64,000 bases of DNA from the human T2T-CHM13v2.0 reference genome, Homo sapiens. The stretch lies in NCBI RefSeq assembly GCF_009914755.1, contig NC_060937.1. One strand, given 5' to 3'. Within the stretch, counting starts at the first letter, position 1. Each line of letters begins with the position of its first letter. Both the position numbers and the translations under genes were made by a program. Under the pieces are notes generated by a model. The model was not told where the DNA came from and ran no database searches. It saw only the letters and a program-made list of their open reading frames with translations. Positions 1 to 11,758 of this stretch are shown here, piece by piece.

Positions 1-310
1 GCTACTCCACCATCAAGAGGAAGGAAATCTTATGTTTTCCAGCAACGTGAACGGAACTAGAGGTTGTTATCTTAAGGGAGATGACTCAGAGACGAAAAGC
101 CAAACGCCCCATGTTCTCACTGGTCCATAGGAGATAAACACGGAGGGGCGGGGCGCTCTGGGACACGTATTCGGAATCACAGACTGAGGCCTCGGAAGGG
201 TGGAGGCGGGAGCGGGAGAGGAATGAGAAATTACTCAGTGGGCACAAAGTGCCCGTTCAGGTGACGGTTTCACGAGAAGCCCCATCCAATACAACTGCAC
301 TTGTGCCCGA
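1..310 (+). mobile_element. Old L1 (L1MA-like) 3' fragment
   Basis: Resembles the L1 ORF2 end/3'UTR (ggaactagaggttgttatcttaag...atgttctcact...gagaaattact); family recalled, not searched. Confidence 0.6.
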
Positions 311-820
311 CATGTTGGCAAACACATAAAAAATACAGGAACATGGTCCACACCAGGCAGAGCAAAGCCCCGAGCGGGAGTGGGAGCCGGGCCACAGGAC
401 GGGGTTGGTGGAAACGGGCAGACGTGTCAGTTATGTAAGGAAGGTTGATGGGCTCTGATGCTCCAGGGACCTCTGGGTGGAGGTTGAGGGAGGACAGGCC
501 TGTGTCAGAAACACGGGGTGGCTGTGGGACACAGACGTCCCCCTCCAAGGTCACCGAGAAGGTGGCAGGAGGGGTCCCAGGCTGAAGGTGCAGGGGCCAG
601 ACCCCCAGGGCTGTCCCCTCTGACTCTGGTTCCCTGACCAAAGAGCCCTCGGGAGCCTGGAGGGAAGGCCAGCCCCAAGTGCGGGTGTGGACAACACGGC
701 CAGTGGTACAGAAATCACAAGGCTGCTGGCCAGCAAGGGAGGAGGCTGCCCCCGACTAGGGAGTCTTCTGGAATGTGCTGGGTGCTCTGGGGACTGGGGG
801 CCCCCATCCCTTTCTCCCCT

Positions 821-1524
821 CCGGCCCTGCCGGATGCCACCTTACCCTTCTCCCCGCTCCTGCCCTGCCGGACACCACCTTACCCTTCTCCCCGCTCCTG
901 CCCTGCCGGACACCACCTTACCCTTCTCCCCTCCTGCCCTGCCGGACACCACATTACCTTTTCTCCCCTCCTGCCCTGCCGGACGCCACCTTACCCTTCT
1001 CCCCTCCTGCCCTGCCGGACACCACATTACCTTTTCTCCCCTCCTGCCCTGCCGGACGCCACCTTACCCTTCTCCCCTCCTGCCCTGCCGGACACCACCT
1101 TACCCTTCTCCCCTCCTGCCCTGCCGGACGCCACCTTACCCTTCTCCCCCCTCCTGCCCTGCCGGACACCACCTTACCCTTCTCCCCTCCTGCCCTGCCG
1201 GACACCACCTTACCCTTCTCCCCCCTCCTGCCCTGCCGGACACCACCTTACCCTTCTCCCCCCTCCTGCCCTGCCGGACACCACCTTACCCTTCTCCCCC
1301 CTCCTGCCCTGCCGGACGCCACCTTACCCTTCTCCCCGCTCCTGCCCTGCCGGACACCACCTTACCCTTCTCCCCACTCCTGCCCTGCTGGACACCACCT
1401 TACCCTTCTCCCCACTCCTGCCCTGCTGGACGCCACCTTACCCTTCTCCCCCCTCCTGCCCTGCCGGACGCCACCTTACCCTTCTCCCCTCCTGCCCTGC
1501 CAGACGCCACCTTACCCTCCTTAC
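821..1524. repeat. 36-38 bp VNTR, ~19 units (cctgccctgccggacaccaccttacccttctcccct), abutting the exon 18 donor
   Basis: Direct inspection. Confidence 0.95.
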
Positions 1525-1598
1525 CCTTCTTTAAGCACGATGGGCTGCTCAACACTCTTGGGGTCTCTTCTCCCCGAGGACGAAATCAGATCCAAGAA
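1525..1598 (-). CDS. RASA3: RASA3 exon 18 (74 nt; FLDLISSSGRRDPKSVEQPIVLKE), end of GAP / start of PH
   Basis: caactttag|TTC TTG ... GAA GG|gtaagg. Confidence 0.95.
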
Positions 1599-1917
1599 CT
1601 AAAGTTGGAAGAAATCAGGTCACCGGGAGGAAGCCACACATCTGACGTGCACGGCTCTCTGTATAACAACAGCGTCGGCGGCTACTGCCTCCTTTGTAAT
1701 ACCGGTGGAGACAGAATCTGGGCAAGTGAGTCCTTCCCCGAGGGCTGTGGGGCCTCTGCTCCCCACTGTGCCACCCCAGCCCCGGCACTGCCACAGAGAT
1801 CTCAGGTGAGAGGCCGGGCTCAGGCAACACCTGGGGATCAACCTGCATCTCCAGAGGCCACCCAGGGGTGACTCTAAGCAGGGAATCTGGGTCCCGGTAG
1901 TGAGGAGGCTCAGGCAT

Positions 1918-2782
1918 CCCTGACTGTGGGGAGGAGCAGAGCCCTGGGGCCTGGAGGTTGCCCCCACGCACCGCGTTCCTGACTGTGGGGAGGAGCAGAG
2001 CCCTGGGGCCTGGATATTCCCCCCACGCACCGCGTTCCTGACCGTGGGGAGGAGCAGAGCCCTGCGGTCTGGACGTTCCCCACGCACCGCGTTCCTGACT
2101 GTGGGGAGGAGCAGAGCCCTGCGGTCTGGACGTTCCCCACGCACCGCGTTCCTGACTGTGGGGAGGAGCAGAGCCCTGCGGTCTGGACGTTCCCCACGCA
2201 CCGCGTTCCTGACTGTGGGGAGGAGCAGAGCCCTGCGGTCTGGACGTTCCCCACGCACCGCGTTCCTGACTGTGGGGAGGAGCAGAGCCCTGCGGTCTGG
2301 ACGTTCCCCACGCACCGCGTTCCTGACTGTGGGGAGGAGCAGAGCCCTGCGGTCTGGACGTTCCCCACGCACCGCGTTCCTGACTGTGGGGAGGAGCAGA
2401 GCCCTGCGGTCTGGACGTTCCCCACGCACCGCGTTCCTGACTGTGGGGAGGAGCAGAGCCCTGCGGTCTGGACGTTCCCCACGCACCGCGTTCCTGACTG
2501 TGGGGAGGAGCAGAGCCCTGCGGTCTGGACGTTCCCCACGCACCGCGTTCCTGACTGTGGGGAGGAGCAGAGCCCTGCGGTCTGGACGTTCCCCACGCAC
2601 CGCGTTCCTGACTGTGGGGAGGAGCAGAGCCCTGCGGTCTGGACGTTCCCCACGCACCGCGTTCCTGACTGTGGGAAGGAGCAGAGCCCTGCGGTCTGGA
2701 TGTTCCCCACGCACTGCGTTCCTGACTGTGGGGAGGAGCAGAGCCCTGCGGTCTGGATGTTCCCCACGCACCGCGTTCCTGA
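1918..2782. repeat. 57 bp VNTR, ~15 units, near-perfect
   Basis: Unit cctgactgtggggaggagcagagccctgcggtctggacgttccccacgcaccgcgtt; 19-aa periodicity in ORF track. Confidence 0.97.
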
Positions 2783-3138
2783 CACTGAGTCTGCAGCCCC
2801 AGGGCTCCACGACTGCAGCCTAGAGTGAGTCCGGCCACCACACACACTGAGGTGGGACGCGCCCTCATTCGGGGGGCTCAGACACAGAACAAGATGGGCG
2901 AGGGCCCCGTTTTGGCCCCAAAGGCAGTCACGCCAAAGAGTTTACCAACTGTGGGAGGAGGTGTCCCAGGACTCGGGACAAGGCTGTCTGGACAGCGCTG
3001 TGAATGCACCGAACGCCTTTATTGTTTAAAATCGCTAATGGCCAAGTCTGTGTCATGTGGGTTCTATCTCAATTTTAAAAGAGAACTCTGTCTCCTGAGC
3101 ACGGCACACGGGCGGTCGGAGGGTGAGTCGATACTTAC

Positions 3139-3216
3139 GTTCTTCACCGCATCAGCATATTTCTGCTCATTGAAGAATTCATAAAATGTAGCCATGTAGG
3201 ACTCCTTAAAACTCGC
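3139..3216 (-). CDS. RASA3: RASA3 exon 17 (78 nt; [26 protein letters not shown])
   Basis: cattttag|GCG AGT ... AAC|gtaagt; KESYM motif. Confidence 0.96.
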
Positions 3217-4329
3217 CTAAAATGAAATGGAGATCACTCGAGGACAGCCCGAAGTACCTCGGCTCATGGCCCAAATCTGAAAAAGCTAGAGGCAAGAACT
3301 GTCCAAGCCTAAATGACGATAAACAGGCAAAGAACCCGGTGTTACCGGGCAAGTGAGAGCCCGCAGGGCTGCCCGGAGGACGAATCACATAAATCGCTCA
3401 GGCGCCAACGAAGACCATCAGACCTGCCAGTGCCCGTGAGGTCTCCAAGCACCCTTTGGCATCAGTGACTCCGTCCTGGCCCCGGGCTGTCCCTCACACC
3501 TGGGTCCCAGGCTCATGAAGAGGTACGTTGGGGCCCAGATGTGGCTGCCTGGGAACCTGGAGTCATAGGCCAGGGTCCCAGAGCCCCCACGCCCATCTCT
3601 CGCCCGTGGGGCATAAGGGCCGCTCTGAGGTGGGAAGAGGGGGCAGGGACCTCCATCACACGGGGAAGTGGAGGCACCCAGGGATTCGGGGGGGCCTTTG
3701 CAGCCACCATTCCTGAGGCTCGACCCCAAGTTCCTGTTGTTTCCACACTGAGGTCACTGCACAGTTCCCTGGCTGTGAAATGAGGTGGGTTTGGTGCAGA
3801 CCTCGGAGGAGGCACAAGTGCCTGTTATGGAGTTTCCAGCCCACAGCGCAGGGCCTGGCTGGTGGGAAAGAGCGGTCGGTGCACCTCGGCCTGCCTGCGA
3901 GTGTGGCACATCTTTTACTCACTCGGACTCAGAGAAACCCAACGTTTGCCCCAAGCGGGCTGCTCCTCCAGTGGGGGCCTCTGCTCCCCAAAGCCCTCAT
4001 TTCTACCTGGGCCCCACCAAGAACAGGGAACCAGGAGGCCTGGGCATCTGTGCACCACGGCCCAGCCCTCTCCAGACGGAGCCCCGAGGGGGCCCGAAGG
4101 CATCGAACTGCCCTGGCCTGGCCCCTGCAGAGACAGCCTTGGGCCTCACCAGGAGCACTGCCCCCGGGACGCCTCAAACGTCAGCTCTGACCCCCTCAAA
4201 CACACAAGGTGCTCTTAGGGGGAAATGGGGCAGATGCCTGAGGGACTCCTGACCTGGTGGCACCAGATCCAGTCTGAAGGGACGAGGATGGAGGACGGAG
4301 GTTCATATCCACAGGGAGAGAGGGGCCCT

Positions 4330-5310
4330 GGGAGGAGGGGGCCGCGTGGGGAGGGGAGCGCCACGTTGGGAGGAGGCGGCCGCTTGGGGAGGAAGCGCCA
4401 CGTGGGGAGGAGGCGGCTGCGTGGGGAGGGAAGTGGGGAGGAGGGGGCTGCATGGGGAGGTAGTGCAGCATGGGGAGGAGGGGGCCATGTGAGGAGGAGG
4501 GGGCCGCGTGGGGAGGAGGGGAAGGCGTGGGGAGGAGGGGAAGGCATGGGGAGGAGGGGGCCACATGGGGAGGAGCGGGCCGCGAGGGGAGGAGGGGGCC
4601 GCGTGGGGAGGAGGGGGCTGTGAGGAGAGGAGGGGGCCCCGTGGGGAGGAGGGGAAGGCTTGGGGAGGAGGGGGCCGCGAGGGGAGGAGGGAGCCGCGTG
4701 GGGAGGAGGGGGCCACATGGGGAGGAGGCGCCGCGTGGGGAGGAGGGGGCCGTGAGGAGAGGAGGGGGCCCCGTGGGGAGGAGGGGAAGGCGTGGGGAGG
4801 AGGGGGGCGCGTGGGGAGGAGGGGGCCGCGTGGGGAGGAGGCGCCGTGTGGGGAGGAGGGGGCCGCGAGGGGAGGAGGGGGCCGCGTGGGGAGGAGGGGG
4901 CCGCGTGGGGAGGAGGGGGCCGCGAGGGGAGGAGGGGGCCGTGTGGGGAGGAGAGGGCCGCGTGGGGAGGAGGGGGCCGCGTGGGGAGGAGGCGCCGTGT
5001 GGGGAGGAGGGGGCCGCGTGGGGAGGAGGGGGCCGCGTGGGGAGGAGGGGGCCGCGTGGGGAGGAGGGGGCCGCGAGGGGAGGAGGGGGCCGCGTGGGGA
5101 GGAGGGGGCCGCGTGGGGAGGAGGGGGCCGCGTGGGGAGGAGGGGGCCGCGAGGGGAGGAGGGGGCCGCGTGGGGAGGAGGGGGCCGCGTGGGGAGGAGG
5201 TGGCCGCGAGGGGAGGAGGGGGGCCGTGTGGGGAGGAGGGGGCCGCGTGGGGAGGAGGGGGCCGCGAGGGGAGGAGGGGGCTGTGTGGGGAGGAGAGGGC
5301 CGCGAGGGGA
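4330..5310. repeat. 19 bp G-rich VNTR (ggggaggagggggccgcgt), ~50 units
   Basis: Direct inspection; G-runs on + strand. Confidence 0.93.
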
Positions 5311-5672
5311 GTAGGGGGCTGCGTGACGAGGAGCCTCCAGCACCGCAACGCCCAGGAGGCGCCAGGTTAGGCCATCTGCCTGGCCTGTTCAGCCGCTTCC
5401 CACACCTGACAGGTCAGATGCTGCTCCTGCCACGGGGCCGGCGACGAGCCACAGGCTCCCGAAAAAGGCAAGGGGTTCACTTTAGGAGGGGAGAGGTGAG
5501 CGGGACGGGGACGCTCAGGTCCTGGGTTTCAAGAGAGGATGTGGTGCCGGCTTTGATTCTTGATCTTTATCTTACGACTCTCTCAAATGTGGGAGGTTTT
5601 TCACGTGTATTTTCTGAAGAGAGAAAAGAATCAGTTGTCCCTAAAAAGAGAAAATGAAGAAGAGGGACTCAC

Positions 5673-5750
5673 AGATTTGGACTTGGACAGGCTGCCGAGG
5701 GTCTGAACGGTCTTGGAGATCAATGTCAGCGTCCTGGACGTCTGGGGGTC
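5673..5750 (-). CDS. RASA3: RASA3 exon 16 (78 nt; [26 protein letters not shown])
   Basis: ctccccag|GAC CCC ... TCT|gtgagt; Ras[16 protein letters not shown] motif. Confidence 0.96.
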
Positions 5751-6126
5751 CTGGGGAGGCGGGAGCAAGAAAGGTCTATGTCAGCATCACAGAAATGCTG
5801 TGACTGTCCCAGATCGAGGGGACGAAATGCAGGAGTCACCTCAGAGCTGCTGTGGCTTGTGCATGAGCTACGGAGAAACAGGGGTAGCGACGCAGATGGG
5901 ACTGGAGGGGGTGGGCGTCCCACAGTCTCAGGAGCTGCTGAGACCATCCCGCAGGCAACATCCGACGGCACCGCGGTGACCCACTCTCTCGGCCCAGCGT
6001 GCAGGGTGCATCTCAAAGTCGAAAGCATCAGGTGGGGTCATGGCTCTGGGGCGCTGAGTCTCGGGGTGCTGAGTCTCCTGGCCCTGCCTGGGGCTCATCT
6101 CAGCCTTCACAGGGTTTGAAGGTTCA

Positions 6127-6515
<389 letters not shown>

Positions 6516-6809
6516 TCACCCCAGATCCCTGTACCCTGAGAGCTGCGGCCCCAGCAACCACATTGGGGCCTGGAGAAAATCAGTGCTAAATAGGAATCTG
6601 TTGACTCAATACACGGATGATACGCCGATCATCAATACTCCATATGTGATGGGCAGGGGAGGAGAGCAGGGCGGTGACCAGCAGCTAAAACCCTGGACAA
6701 ACCGTCCACTGCTTTTGTGACACTGTCTCGACTCCCCCAGAACGTACACAGCTTAAACAGGTCGGTGAACCACCTGCAACGAGGACGTTCCAGGACCCAG
6801 CGCATCCAC

Positions 6810-7562
6810 CAGCACTCCCCACGCACCGTCCACACACTCCACACACACTCCACACGCACTCCCCATTCCACACACCTTCCACACTCCCCGTGCACCGTCC
6901 ACACACTCCACACACACTCCCCATTCCACACGTCTTCCACACTCCCCACTCCCCATGCACCGTCCACACACACTCCCCATTCCAAACGCACTCCCCACTC
7001 ACTCATTACACACACTCCCCACGCATTCCACACACACTCCTCATTCCATGCACACTCCCCATGCATTCCACACACACTCCCCATTCCACACACACTCCTC
7101 ATTCCACGCACACTCCCCACTCACTCATTCCACACACACTCCCCATTCCACACGCCTTCCACACTCCCCACACTGTCCACGCACTCCACACACTCCTCAT
7201 TCCACACACACTCCCCATTCCACACACACTCCCCACTCCACACACACTCCCCACTCACTCATTCCACACACACTCCCCATTCCACATGCCTTCCACACTC
7301 CCCACGCAGTCCACGCACTCCACACACTCCTCATTCCACAAACACTCCCCATTCCACACACACTCCCCACTCACTCCTCATTCCACACACACTCCCCATT
7401 CCACATGCCTTCCACACTCCCCACGCAGTCCACGCACTCCACACACTCATTCCACAAACACTCCCCATTCCACACACACTCCCCACTCACTCCTCATTCC
7501 ACACACACTCCCCACTCACTCCTGATTCCTCACACACTCCCCACGCATTCCACACTCCACAC
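6810..7562. repeat. CA-rich degenerate tandem repeat (cacacactccccattc)
   Basis: Direct inspection. Confidence 0.9.
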
Positions 7563-7653
7563 GGTCGGCCCCCTACAGCCACGCAGATGCCCCAACACAG
7601 GCCGGCGTCGCAGGACAGCTCAGAAAGCCTCGGTCCCTCAGCCGGTCACTCAC

Positions 7654-7760
7654 CGTGTGGTGCGGCGTGAGCTGGAAGAGGTTGGGGGAGAGAATGGCGG
7701 GCGCAAAGAACCTCAGGAAGATGAAGCTGCTCACTGCAGTGTACCTGACGTCCGGGTCAT
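7654..7760 (-). CDS. RASA3: RASA3 exon 15 (107 nt; [35 protein letters not shown]), RasGAP FLR signature
   Basis: cccgcag|AT GAC ... ACG|gtgagt; ORF 7573..7803. Confidence 0.97.
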
Positions 7761-7869
7761 CTGCGGGAGAGAGAAGCAGGGTGACCGTTTTCCTCGGGCA
7801 CAATGGCCTCGTGGGGACACCATGCCCCGGCCCCCTGAGGGTCCGCAGGGAAGTCCAGCCACAGTCCTG

Positions 7870-8716
7870 GCTCTATCTCCACCTGTGTCTGTCTCTCTCC
7901 CTCTCTCTGTCTCCCTCTCTCTGTTTCCCTCTCTCCCTCTCTCTGTTTCCCTCTCTCTCTCCATCTGTCTCTCCCCCTTTGTCTCTCTCCCTGTCTCTCT
8001 CCGTATCTCTGTCTCTCTCTCTCTCTCCCTCTATTTGTCTCTCTCTCATCTCTCTGTCTCTCTCCCTCTCTTTGTCCCTCTGTCTCTCTCCCTATCTCTG
8101 TCTCTCTCTCTCTCTCCATCTGTCTCTGGCTCTCTCCCCCCCTCCATCTGTCTCTCTCTCTCTCCATCTCTTTGTCTCTCTCCCTCTTTGTCCCTCTCCC
8201 TGTCTCTCTCCCTATCTCTGTCTCTCTCTCTCTCTCCCCCTCTCTCTCTCCGTCCGTCTGTCTCTGGCTCTCTCTCTCTCCATCTCTCTGTCTCTCTCCC
8301 TCTCTGTCTCTCTCCCTAACTCCATCTCTCTCTCCCCGTCTCTTTCTCTCCGTCTGTCTCTCTCTCCATCTGTCTCTCTCCCTCTCTGTCTCTCTCCCTA
8401 TCTCTGTCTCTTTTTCTCTTTCTCTGTCTCTCTCTCTCTCCGTCTCTCTCTCTCCCTGTCTCTATCTCTCTGTCTCTCTCTCTCTCTCCGTCTCGATCTC
8501 TCTCTCCATCTCTCTCCGTCTGTCTCTGTCTCTCTCCATCTCTATCTCTCTCTCCGTCTCTATCTCTCTCTCCGTCTGTCTCTGCCTCTCTCTCCGTCTG
8601 TCTCTGCCTCTCTCTCCGTCTCTCCCTGTCTCTCTCTCTCTCTCCTTGTCTCTCTCTGTCTCTCTCCTTCTGTCTCTGCCTCTCTCTCCATCTCTCCCTG
8701 TTTCTCTCCATCTCTC
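7870..8716. repeat. CT-rich simple repeat (~850 bp)
   Basis: (TC)n/(TCTG)n mosaic. Confidence 0.95.
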
Positions 8717-9410
8717 ATCACCACCACACAGCGCAGCCCCTTTGGTGTCTCATTCCACAGTGGTCTGTGCTCATCTGGGTGAGAGGATGTGTTTTATCTC
8801 TTCACTTCCACCTTGTTCAAAGTGGGTCTGGGGCTGGGATGTGCTTGGGAACTGCCTCCCCCAGAACCCTGGGCCCCTCGGCCGGCGCTGTCTGACTGTC
8901 TGATGTCCTGAGAAACAGGGGTGGGGACAGCGTTTGTCTCCTGGGGACACAGAAGCGTGGACGGCTCTGCAGGACCATGGCCACCCCGGGGTGTCTGCAG
9001 CTGTCCCGAGGCCACAGGACACGCAAGGAAGAGAGGAGCTGGCAGCAAGGCCCTCGCTGAGCCTCTCAGCGCCCCATACATAGCCTGAGTCCTGGCGGGG
9101 TCTTGAGTATCGCAGGTGATGGGTGGGTGCAGGCACCCAGCTCCTCCCTGAGGGTCGGCAAGGTTGAGAAGTGGGGTTTGGGTGCTGGATGCCCAGGTCC
9201 CTAGGGGATCTCCGGCTTGGGGGTTTGAAGAAAGGGCAGCTCCCCCAGGGGTCCTGTCTCTTCGAAGACACGGGCAGGCAGAGCCCCCAACACCACTCTG
9301 GGCCCTGCCAGGGTCGGCCACAAAAAGAAACCACTGGGAAAACCCAGGGGTCCACATCAGGAAAATTCACATTCCACCCCGACAAAGCCTGGCCACCCTT
9401 CCCGGCCCCC

Positions 9411-9558
9411 CCAGAGACCACTGTGGTCGTGAACTCCAGGGCTGGGCCCCTCTAGAGACCACTGCGGTGGTGATCTCCAGGGCTGGGGTCCCCTGGAGAC
9501 TACTGTGGAGGTGAACTCCAGGGCTGGGGTCCCCCAGAGACCACTGCGGTTGTGAACT
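9411..9558. repeat. ~41 bp tandem repeat, ~3.5 units
   Basis: gagaccactgyggtngtgaactccagggctgggg repeated. Confidence 0.8.
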
Positions 9559-9730
9559 AGGGAACACTGGCCCGGGCACAAACCCCGGAAAAATCCAGCA
9601 TCGGAACTGGGGTTCACGACCCCGCAGTTCTAGTCTAGCCAGGGCTGCGGGGGGTTCTGCCTGGGTGGGAGTCACCCTGCACAGCGCTATGGCCGTTTCT
9701 CAGCAACATGAGGGTGTTCAGGGCACTCAC

Positions 9731-9854
9731 CCTGGAAGCGCTTGGCCGCCGCCTCCCGGAGGGAGAAGAAGATGTCACACATGACGGTCGGGCAGCTCAC
9801 CCCAGACTCGGTGATGGCGTGGAAGACGCGGTCCACATACTGCCGTAGGTTCTC
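9731..9854 (-). CDS. RASA3: RASA3 exon 14 (124 nt; [41 protein letters not shown])
   Basis: ttgcag|GAG AAC ... CAG G|gtgagt; ORF 9687..10001. Confidence 0.96.
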
Positions 9855-10718
9855 CTGCAACGGGACACGGCACTGGGACCCACTCCCGAGGCTGCCCACA
9901 GGTGCGTGTAGCACCAGGGCACGCCCAGGGAGGGGCGCGTGGGGAGGGGCTGAGGGCGGGCGCAGGGCAGCTGCGGCAGTGAGACACGTGTGAACAGCCA
10001 CTCCCTGGAAATCTGTGCTGGGAGCTGTGGCAATTCACGCGTGAAAATCACTACACAGGCACCACGTCGGCTCCCCGGCTCGGCCCCGACCTCGTTTACT
10101 GAGTGGGGAATGGACGTTCACTAGAATGTGCCTGCCCAAGGCAAAGAGCTCTGTCATTTACATACAGAAATGACGAAACAGCACGCTCTGCAAGAAGTAT
10201 CATGTGAAGTGACTAAAATGTTGGAGCAAGTTCAACATCAGGGAGTTGTGCTGTTTTAAAACGCAGTACACAGCTCTGGGGACAGCCTGGGGAGGCGGGG
10301 AGGCCATCCTGTCCTAGGAAAAGGGAGGGGCAGGAGCCATTGCCCAAGGGAAGGAGGAGCCGGGGCGGAGGCAGAGCTGGTCAGGATTGTCCAGGGGAGG
10401 CAGAGCAGGGTGTGCAGGGCAGACCCTCCGGGGGGGCAGAGCTGGGGCATGCAGACCGGATCACTCCAGGGGAGGAAGAGCTGGCCGGGACCCCCCAGGG
10501 GACGCAGAGCCCGGCACACAGGCCAGGCCAAAGGTGGTGGCTGAGGCCTCCCAGTAGTGCAGCCAGCGTACTGCAGCCGGGTGAGGCGGGTATCCCCACG
10601 CCTGGTCCTGCTCCCACCCCAACCAGGGTCACGGGGTGAGTCAGAGCTTCCAGGCAGCCATCGGCTGAAAAACCCCAAGCAGGTGACTGGCTTTGGTTGG
10701 TTCATGAACAAAACCTAC

Positions 10719-10793
10719 CATGTTGTTTTCAAGGTTTTCTCCGTCTTTCAACTTCACAGGGTCGATTTCACAGGGTTTGTGGCTCTGGCATAT
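10719..10793 (-). CDS. RASA3: RASA3 exon 13 (75 nt; [25 protein letters not shown])
   Basis: ccccag|ATA TGC ... ATG|gtaggt; RasGAP CEIDP motif. Confidence 0.95.
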
Positions 10794-11758
10794 CTGGGGA
10801 GAGGTTTAAGACAGGGCTCTGTGAGTGGGTTCTGGGGGCACAGGCAGGGAGGGTGGAAGGGGTCTCAGGCCTGGCTGAGATGTAGACCCTGAGCCTCATC
10901 CAGAAAATGCCACGACAGCTCCCCGAACCCGGCCACTGGCACGGAGGGGCACGGTGAGGCCGGACTGCAGGGCCACCGTGGGGTGGTGTCGTCCCGAGCC
11001 TCAGCTGCAAGGGGGCAACCCTGGGCCTGTGTCACTGGCTGCGGAGGAACAAGTGAGAGGTCAGGCGCAAACACTAGGCACGGGGCCCAGTCCATGGCCG
11101 CGATCAGACGAGCCGGGCTCTCTCAGGGAGCGATGTGCGCCCGCGATCAGACGAATCGGGCTTTCTCAGGAGTGATGTGCACCAGCCCACACGGACTAGG
11201 CCTCACAGGGCTTTAATAATATTTTTACTTCAAAATGCTGCCATGATTTTGCCCACAGAGCAAACCAGAATGCTATGGTCAATTTTCTCACATTTGCAAA
11301 GAACCTGTTTACAAACCCGCTCATAAACGGGGGGCACAGCCTGGCGGGCATCAGAGGGTCAGGTGAGGAGTGGGTGTGCGGGCATCAGAGGGTCGGGTGA
11401 GGACTGGGCGTGCAGCTCAAACATGCCACGCAGCCAGGGCCCAAACACAGGGGACTGCAGGACATGTGGAGAAAGAAGGTCTCCCTGGGAAGAGCCAGGC
11501 TTTTCTTGCATGTTCTCCTTTGTGGAGTGGTGGATTTTCTTATGTATAGTTTTAATTTGGGAGAATTTGGAAGGTTCTGGAGTACACAGGGAACATCCTC
11601 TTGATAAAAGTGAATGAATCAGCATCCCCGTGGCGAGGCCAGAGGGGCCGACATTCAAGCCCAGCTCGTGGTCTGGCTGGATCCCAGTGCAGTGCCCTCT
11701 GTTGGGGGAAATCCTCCCCACGCCTCGTGAGGCTGAGGACTCTCGGCCCCGTGCTCAC

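Noticed and set aside
1918-2782. Regular repeats as a CRISPR array (also 22570-23768, 34232-34940, 37893-39903)
   Set aside because: Units are head-to-tail with no unique spacers, there are no cas genes, and the context is a primate intron.
821-5310. Pairing between the C-rich 37-bp VNTR and the G-rich 19-bp VNTR across exons 17-18
   Set aside because: Complementarity is limited to short low-complexity stretches expected by chance.
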